A stretch of DNA of 64,000 nt from an uncultured Methanomicrobiaceae archaeon (GCA_963826525.1 CAWGXH010000003.1:320001-384000); one strand, 5' to 3'; positions 46,490 through 56,399 are shown, counted from the stretch's first letter. The notes: generated by a model not told the origin, from the letters alone. A program made the numbers and translations.

Positions 46490-47272
46490 ATGAAACCGAA
46501 TGCACCAGAGCGCCGGACTCAATCCGGCACCGACAAAAAACCGGGAAGCCATGGGAATCACTGGGGATGCGTCACGCAGTCCACGGACGAGATCATCCAA
46601 TCGGTGGAGTGGGCGTTGAAGGAGGCGGAAACCGCCGACGTCCGTGAACGGAACGGTCGCGAGATCGCCGCGTACATCCCGGAGTCCCGTTCTCTCACGA
46701 CGTGTGCCATAACCCTCGATCGATCGGTCTCTACCGGCTACCCGGTCGCCGTGGACGGCGTCGTCCACGAGGTGACGGTACAGCGCGTCGAAGAGTGGGC
46801 GAACGAACTCGAAGGACAGGTGGTCGGCTCGATCGGCGACGCTGCCCTGGCTTTCTTCGACACCCGGTACTACCGGAACGGCGATCGTTACCGGGAGGGG
46901 GACAGGCATCTCTTCGCCCTCGCTGCCTTTGCCTACGTGCTGCAGAAGGCCGAACCCCGCACGATCACGGATGCGGAAGGGAAGGAGCACTCGACCCGGA
47001 ACATGGCTGCATACCGCCCGTTCCCGCAGGGCGACGTCGACGACTTCGCGTATCAGTCGCTGGTAAAGAGCGTCGAAACCGTTTCGTTCTGCGGAAAGAC
47101 CGTCTACCGACTCACGGTCACGCTTTTTCGGCTGCCGGATGAGGGCGGCGATTACCGCGATGTCGACATCACGCTGTATGCCGCTGAACATGTGACCGGG
47201 GGCTACGCTCCCCGCGTGGGTGACGATATCATGGGAATTCTCTGGCTGCAGGGCTCCCTTTCTCCCGGATAA
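46490..47272 (+). CDS. Hypothetical protein in the immunity cluster
   Basis: 260-aa ORF with GNHWGC near the N-terminus and P.VGDDI.GILWLQG at the C-terminus. Confidence 0.75.
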   Translation: MKPNAPERRTQSGTDKKPGSHGNHWGCVTQSTDEIIQSVEWALKEAETADVRERNGREIAAYIPESRSLTTCAITLDRSVSTGYPVAVDGVVHEVTVQRVEEWANELEGQVVGSIGDAALAFFDTRYYRNGDRYREGDRHLFALAAFAYVLQKAEPRTITDAEGKEHSTRNMAAYRPFPQGDVDDFAYQSLVKSVETVSFCGKTVYRLTVTLFRLPDEGGDYRDVDITLYAAEHVTGGYAPRVGDDIMGILWLQGSLSPG

Positions 47273-47300
47273 CTGAAGAGCAGCGCAGGGGTCTCCTCTC

Positions 47301-47410
47301 GACGACACGTATCGGGATACCGACGACCCCGATCCGCTGACCCGTGCAGCAACCGACGAGATCAACCTCGCCAGGATCGCGCGCGAGATCCTGGCCGGGG
47401 CGACCTATAG
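47301..47410 (+). pseudogene. Fragment of a second toxin gene (repeat/pre-toxin junction)
   Basis: DDTYRDTDDPDPL...IAREILAGATY resembles DHDLIKDGEDDEPL...IRDEIALRLGAVF in the main toxin. Confidence 0.4.
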
Positions 47411-47431
47411 GCTGCCCGACGGCTCCTTCTC

Positions 47432-47762
47432 CTGGCTGGTGACCGTTTCGCCAGATTGTTCCAGTTCCCTCCTCAACCGAAACTCGGTCATAGAATAGAT
47501 GAAGAGGCAGAGCACCATGATCATCGCTAGCGCCTGGATGCGTTAAAAAATCGGGGAACAGATAGAGACGCCGTTCGATGAACCCGAGGCCGTTGAGCAC
47601 CAGTGCTTTGGCAACCTGAGTATGAGTGAGGTGGTGACGGGTTTTGAAGATCGCGCAATTGATAACCCCGGCAATACCGAGGGAATCGTAGGCATCGGCG
47701 ACGATGCCGAGGTGACCGGCAGAGAGGATCGATTCGTCATCGAAACCGCCGATCAGGGGCAT
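47432..47762 (-). pseudogene. IS1634-family transposase remnant with a large internal deletion
   Basis: DUF4277-type N-terminus (GHLGIVA...LVLNGLGFIERRLYLFPDF) joined at ~47545 to the C-terminal RIQALAMIMVLCLFIYSMTEFRLRRELEQSGETVTSQ. Confidence 0.88.
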
Positions 47763-47913
47763 ACCGATTGATTTCGGCTAAAAGTACAAGGATCGTGCGG
47801 TTTTCAATTATTCAAAGGAAGGATTCGGTTACTGCGGATGATGGGTTACCCGGTAGCGGACGTGATTATGCCCGCCGTCACGGCAGAACGTGAAAAAAGA
47901 AGAGGTTGTTCGT

Positions 47914-49209
47914 TTACATCCTTTTGCGGACGACGAAGATCAGCCCGAAGACTGCAAGAGCACCGAGTGCCGCGAAGGGCAGTGCACCGGACTGGGTCGG
48001 GTTCGCGATCGGGTTTAAGGATGCCGAGACGTAACTGGTGCTGCCGGCATTCACCTGCACGCTGTCCGACCAGTCCTGGTACCCGGAGACCTGCACTTTT
48101 ACCGTGTGCGATCCGGGGGAGACATCGGTCAGGGTCAGGGGGGTAATGCCCTTGTAGGCGTTGTCAAGGTAGATGTCCGCACCTGCAGGCGAGGACGAGA
48201 CCGATATCGAACCGGTTGGGCCAGGCGGGAGCGGGGTCATCGCCGCGGAGACGGGGGTGGTCGTGCTGGACTGGACAGCAACGGACGTCGAGTAGTCCTG
48301 GTACCCGGAGAGCGACAGCGCCACGGTGTGGGTTCCCGGGGTGACGCCGCTGACGACGAGCGCCTGGGTAGCGGAGGTCTGTCCCTGGTAGACACCGTCG
48401 ACGGAGACGCTTGCACCGGTGGGTGACGAGCTGACGGAGATATAACCTGGGTTCTGATCGGGAATCGGGCTCATCTGCGCGTTCACGTACGAGGTGACGC
48501 CGGGGGAGACCGTAACGGTCGACTTCCAGTCATAGAAGCCGCTCAGGTCGAGCTCGATGACGTGGCTCTTTGCGGAGACGCTCGAGAGGGTCAGGGGAGT
48601 CTTACCCTTGTAAGCGGCATCCATATAGACGTAGGCACCCGACGGGTTCGAGGAGACGACGACCGCCCCCGGCTGCGCGATGGCCTGCAGCGGGAAGAGG
48701 ATGGTCGACGTCTGGCCTGCACTCACCGAGACGGTCGTCGAGTAGGGCTGGTAGCCGGGCAGGTCCGCTTCGATCTGGTAGGTGCCGGGGGTGATGCTGC
48801 TGATCGTCAGCGGGGTGACGCCGCGGTAGTTGCCGTTCAGGTAGATGGCAGCTCCCGAAGGCGTCGAGGTTGCATAGATCGAACCGCTGGTTGCCGTCGG
48901 GTTGAGCGTGACGTAGACGTCGACGGTCTCTCCTGCTGCCGGTTCGCCCGGAAGGCTTCCGGCTGCCGATTTGTAGCCCGACATCTCGAGCCGGTAGGTC
49001 TGGTAGGGGCTTCCCGTCGTGTAGACCGGTACCGAGAGGACACCCTGCGCGATCTGGCCCTTGTAGCCGCCGTCGAAGTAGACGGATGCACCGTCCACGT
49101 TACAGTGAACGGTGTACCAGCCTTCGCTCCCGCCGATACTCGCTGCCGAGGCACCGGCACAGAGGACGAGCAGGGCGAGTCCGAGAATTATAGATCTGGT
49201 TGTTTTCAT
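47914..49209 (-). CDS. Multi-PEGA-domain cell-surface protein
   Basis: Signal peptide; five S.P.GA..Y.DG.Y.G.TP-type repeats; C-terminal QSGALP + TM helix + RKR. Confidence 0.92.
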   Translation of the reverse strand: MKTTRSIILGLALLVLCAGASAASIGGSEGWYTVHCNVDGASVYFDGGYKGQIAQGVLSVPVYTTGSPYQTYRLEMSGYKSAAGSLPGEPAAGETVDVYVTLNPTATSGSIYATSTPSGAAIYLNGNYRGVTPLTISSITPGTYQIEADLPGYQPYSTTVSVSAGQTSTILFPLQAIAQPGAVVVSSNPSGAYVYMDAAYKGKTPLTLSSVSAKSHVIELDLSGFYDWKSTVTVSPGVTSYVNAQMSPIPDQNPGYISVSSSPTGASVSVDGVYQGQTSATQALVVSGVTPGTHTVALSLSGYQDYSTSVAVQSSTTTPVSAAMTPLPPGPTGSISVSSSPAGADIYLDNAYKGITPLTLTDVSPGSHTVKVQVSGYQDWSDSVQVNAGSTSYVSASLNPIANPTQSGALPFAALGALAVFGLIFVVRKRM

Positions 49210-49382
49210 GCTTCTCTCTCCGAAAAATACAATTATGAGGTATCGTTTTTGCTCTATTATTCCTTTCTATTAATTCTCTTGCAAATTCGTGCTTAATACC
49301 GGATATTGAGGGATTTGCTCGCAGATCTGAGGCAACCCGGGTATTGTATCCGCCCCCGCTCTTGCATCGGCTATATGGGCAT

Positions 49383-49423
49383 GTGGTGCAGGAACAAATG
49401 AAAACAGTAATTATCTGCACCAC
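49383..49423 (+). promoter_or_regulatory. 9-bp inverted repeat enclosing a BRE/TATA-like element upstream of the RHH-acyl-CoA synthetase
   Basis: GTGGTGCAG (49383-49391), 23-nt spacer containing GAAAACAGTAATTAT, CTGCACCAC (49415-49423). Confidence 0.55.
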
Positions 49424-49436
49424 TGACCTGTTCTGC

Positions 49437-51288
49437 ATGGTGCGATATTCGGTCACTATGCACGATGCCCTCGCCGGGAGGATCGATGAGGCGCGTGAAA
49501 CCCGCGGTCTCTCCCGTTCGGAGTGGATCAACGAGGTCTGCAGATCCTTCCTCGACGGTGCACCCACCTTCGGCGACCAGCGAGCGATCGCGGCCCCACC
49601 CGGCAACGGGGGTTCGACTCCTCCGCAGAAGCATGCCATGGGCGATTACGATGAGACCTGTGCGAACTTCTCGATCCACGTCCCGAAGTTCTTCAACTTC
49701 GGGTTCGACGTCATCGACCGGTGGGCTGAGACCGACCGGAACAAACTCGCCATGATCTGGGTGAACCAGGAGGGAGAGGAGAAGAAGTACTCCTTCCGGG
49801 ATTTGAAGAACCTCTCGAACGGAGCGGCAAATATTCTGCTCAAGTACGGGATCATGAAGGGCGACCGCGTCATGCTTATGCTCCCCCGGGTGCCGGAGTG
49901 GTGGATATTCGTCCTCGCCCTTACGAAGCTCGGTGCGGTCTTCTGCCCCTGCCCGACGATGCTGACGCCGAAAGACATCAAGTACCGGGTCAATGCCGGG
50001 AAGTTCAAGATGGTCATCACGAACAGCGAGAACGCGGAGAAGGTCGATGCGATCTGCGACGAGTGCCCGACCCTGACGAAGCGGTTCATGGTGGACGGTG
50101 CACGGCAGGGCTGGGCGAGCTACCCGCACGAGATCGACTATCCCGCCCGGGTATCGCACCACTCGGTGAGCATGCCCGTCGAGAGGAAGACGAAGGCCAC
50201 CGATCCGATGCTGATCTACTTCACCTCGGGGACGACCGGGCAGGCGAAGATGGTGCTGCACGATCAGAGCTACCCGCTCGGCCATATCGTGACCGCCGGA
50301 CTCTGGCAGGACGTCAACGAACACGATCTCCACTTCACCTTCTCGGACACCGGGTGGGCAAAGTGTGCGTGGGGCAAGATCTTCGGACAGTGGATCCAGG
50401 GTGCCTGCCTCTTCATCTATGATATCAAGGGACGGTTCGAGGCGACGGAGCTCCTCCCCCTCATCGAGAAGTATGAGGTCACCACCCTCTGCTGCCCCCC
50501 GACGGTCTACCGGATGCTGATCCTCGCCGACCTCGACAAGTTCGATTTCCGCGACCTGCGCCACTGCTGCAGTGCGGGCGAGCCGTTAAACCCCGAGGTG
50601 ATCCGGGTCTGGAAGGAGGGCACGGGCCTGACTATCTACGAGGGCTACGGGCAGACCGAGACGGCCTGCTGTGTCGCGACGTTCCCGTGCATGAAGAATA
50701 AGCCGGGCTCGATGGGAAAACCGTCCCCGGGATGGGATGTCGAACTCCACGACGACGACGGCACCCCGGTCGGTGTGCACAAGGAAGGAAGGATCGCGGT
50801 CAAGCTCAATCCCCGGCCGCCGGGGCTCTTCGTCGAGTACCCTGGACAACCCCGAGGCGAACCGGGAGTCGTTCGTGAACGGCTACTACTATACGGGCGA
50901 TAAAGCCTACATGGACGAGGACGGCTACTTCTGGTTCGTCGGCCGTGACGACGATGTGATCAAGTCGTCCGGGTACCGGATAGGCCCCTTCGAGGTCGAG
51001 AGCGCACTCCTCGAGCACCCGGCGGTGCAGGAGTCTGCCGTCGTCGGGTCGCCCGATCTCCTCCGCGGGATGATCGTCAAGGCGTTCGTCGTCTTAAACT
51101 CGGGATTCGAGCCCTCCGAGTCGCTGGTGAAGGAGCTGCAGGGGTACGTGCGTCGCACGACCGCCCCGTACAAGTATCCCCGGTCGATCGAGTTCGTGAC
51201 GGAACTGCCAAAGACCCTCTCCGGCAAGATCCAGCGGAACGTCCTCCGGGAGCGGGAACTGCAGAGAAGCGCGAACAACCAGGAATAA
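49437..51288 (+). CDS. AMP-forming acyl-CoA synthetase with N-terminal ribbon-helix-helix domain (frameshift near 50840)
   Basis: [32 protein letters not shown], then [42 protein letters not shown] and PKTLSGKI. Confidence 0.9.
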
Positions 51289-51325
51289 CTCTTTTTTCCG
51301 GGAAAAAAGGATATGATCGGCTGCT

Positions 51326-51934
51326 CTAACAGATCGAGCTCGATGAAGTTCTCGAAGAAGCCGCAGCCCCACGGCGCCGCTCTTTTCGGGGTGGAACTGC
51401 ACGCCGTAGGTGGTGCCGCTCCTGATGGACGAGGCGAAGGGGCGGATGTACTCGGTCGAGGTCAGCATGTATGCGGGGGTGGTCGAGGCGTAGAAGGAGT
51501 GGACGAAGTAGACGTAACTCTCGCTTTTGACCCCCTCGAAGAGCGGGTCGGCCGCTTCGATCCGGATGGTGTTCCAGCCCATGTGGGGCACTTTCATGCC
51601 GGGTACGACCGGGAACCGTTTCACCTCGCCCGGCACCAGCGCAAGGCCGCGGTGGATGCCGTGCTCCTCGCTCGAGTCCATGAGCATCTGCATCCCGAGG
51701 CAGATCCCGAGGAGCGGCACCTCGCGGCTCGCGGCGAGCACCGTGCCTTTGAGGTCGCCGAGCATCTCCATCCCTTCGCGGAAGGCGCCGACCCCGGGGA
51801 GGACGATACCGTCTGCTGAAGCGATGACCTCCGGGTCGGCGGTGATGGTCGCGTCCGCTCCCGCCCGCTCAAGCCCCCGGAAGACGCTTCTGAGGTTTCC
51901 GACACCGTAATCAATTATAGCCTATCTTCTTCAT
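51326..51934 (-). CDS. hisH: Imidazole glycerol phosphate synthase glutaminase HisH (frameshifts at both ends)
   Basis: IDYGVGNL, LPGVGAF, GICLGMQ, PHMGWN, YFVHS and QFHPEKSG motifs. Confidence 0.93.
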
Positions 51935-53321
51935 CCTGACCGCCTCTCCTGCGCCAGAGCCCGTCGTCCACCCACGCGGCGGAGAGCTCCCGGCGCTCCT
52001 GCCATCCGCGCAGGCGCTCCGTCCAGCCCGCCCAGAGATCGGGGCAGGCCTCCTCGATCATCCGCAGTGTTGCCATGTCGCTCGAGGGGCACATAAAGCA
52101 GCCGATCCTATCAAGCCCCTGCGCGTAGAGCCGGTTGTAGGGCGCCTGTTTTTGGAAGATGTAGAGCCAGACGTGCATCGCCGTCCACGCCTGGATCGGC
52201 GCTGCGGAGAGCTGGTTTCTGACGTGGCTGTTCCTCCAGACCCTTCTGCTCTGCATCCTTTTGACCGACTCGTACTTCCGCTGGCCGATGAACGAGAGGC
52301 ATTCGCCCCAGTGCTCCTCGATGAGGTGGCCGACGGGGTGGAGTTTGCAGACCTTGCAGCACCACCGGAAGTCGACGGCCGGGGGCCCCTGCTCGTCGAA
52401 GGTCTTCCAGAAGTTATCGGACTCGTTGATGCGGATGACCGAAAGGTCGTAGCGCTCCGCGACGTCGTCGATGTTCTCGTAGGTCTCGGGGAACTCAAGC
52501 CCCGTGTCGGCGAAGATCAGGGGCACCTTGCCGATCGCCTCGAGGACGACGAGCAGCGTTGCGAGGCTGTCTTTCCCGCCCGAGGACGAGACGGTCGGCT
52601 GGATCCCGGGATTCTTACCGATGACGTCCCGGACGAACTCGACGGCCGACGTCTCGAATTTTGCGAGGATATCGGCGTTGGCGGCGACGGCCGCATCCCA
52701 GGTAGCCGCCCCGGGGACGCAGGTCGCCGGGAAGTTCTTGCGCGTCCGGATGACCGTTCCGCGCTCCATTCCTTCGGTATCCGCGGCGCTGACCTTCGCC
52801 CGCCCGACACCGATGCACTCGCCGCTCCGCGTGAGGATGAATACTTCGTCGCCGACCGCGATCGCCGGGTCGATGGCGACGAGGCCGGGGGCGAGGAGGC
52901 TTGCCCCTTCGTCGCGGATAGAGGGGACGGCACCGTCGTCGGCGATGACGTAGCGCTTCGTCGGCGTCATGTAGGCGGCGGCATGCGGCCGGGGCAGCGG
53001 TTCCCAGCGCTCTTCGGCGGGGAGGTAGCGCACGGCGCCGACGACCGCACCGCCTATGACGATCTCGTCCATGCGGTCCTCCGCGGGCACCTTGTTCAGC
53101 AGCACCAGGTGCCCCTCGGGGATGAGGGGAGACCCGAAGTACTCCCGGTAGATCCGGTTGATCCGATCGATATCGTCCGGGAAGGCCGGGCGGGCATCCC
53201 CGGGGGGCGTTACGGAGACCGGCCGTGTCGCGGCGCCGCAGGCGCAGGTCTCCGCCATCACCGGTGCGTGGCAGGAGTCGCACCATCGAAGGAGGATCTT
53301 CCCTAAGTAAATGCGGGGCAT
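51915..53321 (-). CDS. PAPS-reductase-family protein with PUA domain
   Basis: LAPG PUA motif; SGGKDS, DTGLEFPET, RWCCKVCK and RIGCFMCP motifs. Confidence 0.9.
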   Translation of the reverse strand: MPRIYLGKILLRWCDSCHAPVMAETCACGAATRPVSVTPPGDARPAFPDDIDRINRIYREYFGSPLIPEGHLVLLNKVPAEDRMDEIVIGGAVVGAVRYLPAEERWEPLPRPHAAAYMTPTKRYVIADDGAVPSIRDEGASLLAPGLVAIDPAIAVGDEVFILTRSGECIGVGRAKVSAADTEGMERGTVIRTRKNFPATCVPGAATWDAAVAANADILAKFETSAVEFVRDVIGKNPGIQPTVSSSGGKDSLATLLVVLEAIGKVPLIFADTGLEFPETYENIDDVAERYDLSVIRINESDNFWKTFDEQGPPAVDFRWCCKVCKLHPVGHLIEEHWGECLSFIGQRKYESVKRMQSRRVWRNSHVRNQLSAAPIQAWTAMHVWLYIFQKQAPYNRLYAQGLDRIGCFMCPSSDMATLRMIEEACPDLWAGWTERLRGWQERRELSAAWVDDGLWRRRGGQDEEDRL

Positions 53322-53443
53322 ATGTCCTTTGATCTTTGGTTTCGCCGGAGATAAGTATTGGCGACTGCCCTTCTGCCCGTGGCTTGGTGCACGGGCGGCA
53401 CCGGATCGACTGGTTGAAGCACCCGGCCCTCTAAAACCGGTGT

Positions 53444-53899
53444 ATGGATCCGGGGTTCTGCCGCCATTACCGCGGGGACGGCATGCCGCCGTCGAACCGC
53501 TTCTGCAGGTCGTGCCCTCACGCGGCGATCGCCTGCGATCGGCTGTGGCGGCGCGTCGTCGACCTGGCAGGATCAGCAGGCGGCCTGCCTGTGCCGCTGC
53601 CCGGAACGCGTGCGGTGCTCTTCCAAAGCCCGAACAACACTCATTTCGTCCGCCTGCAGGTCAACGTCCGGTGGAACCTCACGAAAGAGGATTTTCTGCA
53701 TTTCATCGCCACCGGGCATGCGAGGATGGGCCGAAAGGAGCAGCGGCGCGACCCGTTCGTATCCCCGAGCCTCACGCGCCAGGAGCCGTACGTAGAGGCT
53801 ATTGTCGCGCTGCTCGGCGGGCGGGACATTCCGGAGATTGCCGCGGTGCGGGCGGTGCAGAAGGGTTGCAGGGATGCAAACCCGTATATGGCCGGATAG
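53444..53899 (+). CDS. Hypothetical protein with Cys-rich N-terminus
   Basis: C..CP....C cluster; host codon usage. Confidence 0.55.
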   Translation: MDPGFCRHYRGDGMPPSNRFCRSCPHAAIACDRLWRRVVDLAGSAGGLPVPLPGTRAVLFQSPNNTHFVRLQVNVRWNLTKEDFLHFIATGHARMGRKEQRRDPFVSPSLTRQEPYVEAIVALLGGRDIPEIAAVRAVQKGCRDANPYMAG

Positions 53900-53914
53900 A
53901 GGTACGGTGTACCG

Positions 53915-54865
53915 TTGTCGTCCGCCGCGAATCCCAGTACGTCGAAAGCCATTGAAGTGCACGATCTGCGCAAGGCCTACAACGGCCGCGTCGCCGTCGA
54001 CGGTATATCGTTCGACGTTCATACCGGCGAGGTCTTCGGATTTTTAGGGCCGAACGGCGCAGGCAAGACCACGACCGTGCGGATGCTCACCGGTATCATC
54101 GCACCCGACGGGGGGAGCGCGACGATTCTGGGTCATGATGTCGTCAGGGAGCCGGTGCGGAGCAAACAGGTGATCGGCGTCGTCCCGGAGACGGCAAACG
54201 CCTACGCCGACCTGACGGCGTGGCAGAACCTGATGCTGATGGCGGATCTCTACGGGTTCCGGCGCTCCGCCGCCCGGCTGCCCGCAACCGATCTGCTGGA
54301 GGAGCTCGGGCTCTCCGACCGGCGGGACCAGAAAGTCGCGGGCTTTTCCAAGGGGATGCGGCAGCGGCTGATCCTCGCGATGGCGCTCCTGCACGACCCG
54401 CCGCTGCTCTTCCTCGACGAGCCGACGAGCGGCCTCGACGTGCAGAGCACGCACCTGATGCTGGAGATCCTCAGCGAGAGGAACCGGGCGGGCACGACGA
54501 TCTTCCTGACCACGCATAACATGGATGAGGCCAACCGGCTCTGCGACCGGGTGGGGTTCATCCGGGCCGGGAAGATTGCGGCGATCGATTCGCCGGAGCG
54601 GCTGAAGCAGGCGATCAACCGGCTGCACGTGATCGAGGTCGGGTTCGACCGTCCGGTTGAGGCGTCCGTCCTCGCCGGTCTTCCCGGGATCGACCGTGTC
54701 TTGAAGATCGGCGATACCTGCCGGCTCGAGACCGCCGATACCGATGCCGCGATCGCCTCGGTGGTTGCGGCCGCCCGGTCGTCCGGTGCCCGGATCCTCT
54801 CGCTCTCCACGCTTTCGCCGACGCTCGACGAGGTCTATCTCAGGCTCACCGGAGGGGAAGAATGA
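53915..54865 (+). CDS. ABC exporter ATP-binding subunit
   Basis: GPNGAGKTT, FSKGM, FLDEPTSGLD and TTH motifs. Confidence 0.95.
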   Translation: MSSAANPSTSKAIEVHDLRKAYNGRVAVDGISFDVHTGEVFGFLGPNGAGKTTTVRMLTGIIAPDGGSATILGHDVVREPVRSKQVIGVVPETANAYADLTAWQNLMLMADLYGFRRSAARLPATDLLEELGLSDRRDQKVAGFSKGMRQRLILAMALLHDPPLLFLDEPTSGLDVQSTHLMLEILSERNRAGTTIFLTTHNMDEANRLCDRVGFIRAGKIAAIDSPERLKQAINRLHVIEVGFDRPVEASVLAGLPGIDRVLKIGDTCRLETADTDAAIASVVAAARSSGARILSLSTLSPTLDEVYLRLTGGEE

Positions 54866-55620
54866 TCCGATTCGGCGAGATCGGCGAGCAGCTGCGGCGA
54901 TCGCTCGCCGTCGCCCGGAAGGATATCAGGATCTACTACGTCAAAGGCCCGGTCGTCATCTTCGGCCTCCTGATTCCGCTCTTCCTCTTCCTGGCCTTCT
55001 CGCTCGGCAACCGGTTCGCGTCGATCCCGTTCCTCATCTCCGGGCTGCTCGCGATGACCGTCTTCTTCACCGCAACGGCGGTCTCGCCGGTGATCTTTCC
55101 GTGGGAGACCCAGGCGCGGACGCTCGAACGGCTCGCCGCCGCCCCGATCACGGTCCCGGCACTGGTCTTCGGGGATATGCTGGCGTCGTTCCTCTTCGGG
55201 GCGCTGATCGCCCTCGTCCCGGTGGGCATCGGGATCGCGCTCGGCGTGACGATCACCTCTCCGGCGGCCCTGCTCGCCGGCATTCTGCTCGGGGCACTCT
55301 GCTTCGCTTCGCTCGGCGTCCTCCTTGCCGTCCCACCGGCGAGAGCGCCGCAGAACATCATGATGCTCTCTTCGCTCATCAAATTCCCCCTGATCTTCAT
55401 CTCCGGCATCTTCATCCCGGTCGAGTCCCTGCCGTTCTGGGGGCGGGTGCTCGCCGCGGTCTCGCCGCTGACCTACTTCACCGACATCGCCCGCTATGCG
55501 ATGGGTGAGGCGAACGTCTCCCCGGTCGCCCTCGACCTCGTCGTTCTCGCCGGGTTCTCCCTCCTCTTCCTCGGGGCGGCGATGGTCCTGCACGGACGGA
55601 CGCTTCCGAGAAGGCTCTGA
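54862..55620 (+). CDS. ABC-2 type permease
   Basis: Six TM helices; FISGIF.P...LP.W....SPLTY. Confidence 0.92.
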   Translation: MIRFGEIGEQLRRSLAVARKDIRIYYVKGPVVIFGLLIPLFLFLAFSLGNRFASIPFLISGLLAMTVFFTATAVSPVIFPWETQARTLERLAAAPITVPALVFGDMLASFLFGALIALVPVGIGIALGVTITSPAALLAGILLGALCFASLGVLLAVPPARAPQNIMMLSSLIKFPLIFISGIFIPVESLPFWGRVLAAVSPLTYFTDIARYAMGEANVSPVALDLVVLAGFSLLFLGAAMVLHGRTLPRRL

Positions 55621-55947
55621 CGGCTCCGGGGGGTTTCCCGGAGCGACCCTGCCCCGCCCGGCGCAGTAATACTGCAATGCTCATTCATAGCACTTAGTAA
55701 ACATTTATATATTGTAACGTTTTACTGAAAGTGTGGTTCTGGCACGCCACGGAGAGATCGGTTGCCACAACCCTCCAGCTACGGGATCAGGCGCATCCGA
55801 ATGCACGGAACACCTCATTCCATCACCGACCTTTTTCCGGGAGCGTATTGCCGGCGCTCCCTTCGGGTCTGCCGCCCCGCACCCGGGCACTTCCGGCTGA
55901 GCCGTTCCTGAGACCCACAGGTTAATCTCTCTGCGATTCGACGTACC

Positions 55948-56399
55948 ATGATGAATCTCTCTCCGATGCTGGTTCTCGCCGCTCTCGCGGTCCTTGCCGG
56001 GGTCTCTGTCTGCGGCTGCACGAGCCAGGAGACATTGGTCGTCCGATGAGGAGCGGGCATCCGTGCTCGTGTATGCGGAGCCGATCGCCGACAACCTCCT
56101 GCAGGGGTTCAACGAGAACAACTACACGATGTACTCCCGGGATTTCGGCGATGAGATGAAGGCAAGCCTGGACGAGGCTGCGTTCGAGGAGAATCGCGAG
56201 TTTGTCACATCCCGGATCGGGCTCTACGAATCCAGAATGAACCGCCGTCGTTACGGAGGTGGACGAGTATATCGCCGTTAACTACCCGGCGACGTTCGAG
56301 CGGGAGGACGGCGTGAATGTCCGGTTCGTCTTCCGGAAGGGCGACGAGTCGCACCGGCTTTATGGGCTCTGGTTCAACTCGCCGACGCTCGCGAGTTAA
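55948..56399 (+). CDS. DUF3887-like lipoprotein (frameshifted)
   Basis: Signal peptide with CGC lipobox; YSRDFGDEMK..L, Y.ATFERE and GLWFNSP motifs. Confidence 0.65.

Larger units (their letters stand above)
42390..47845 (-). mobile_element. IS1634-bounded island carrying the toxin-immunity cargo
   Basis: Ends TTCACATTCCGCAG (42390-42403) and CTGCGGATGATGGG (47832-47845) are imperfect inverted repeats; flanks TTGCCC / TTACCC; IS1634 transposase remnant just inside one end. Confidence 0.6.
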
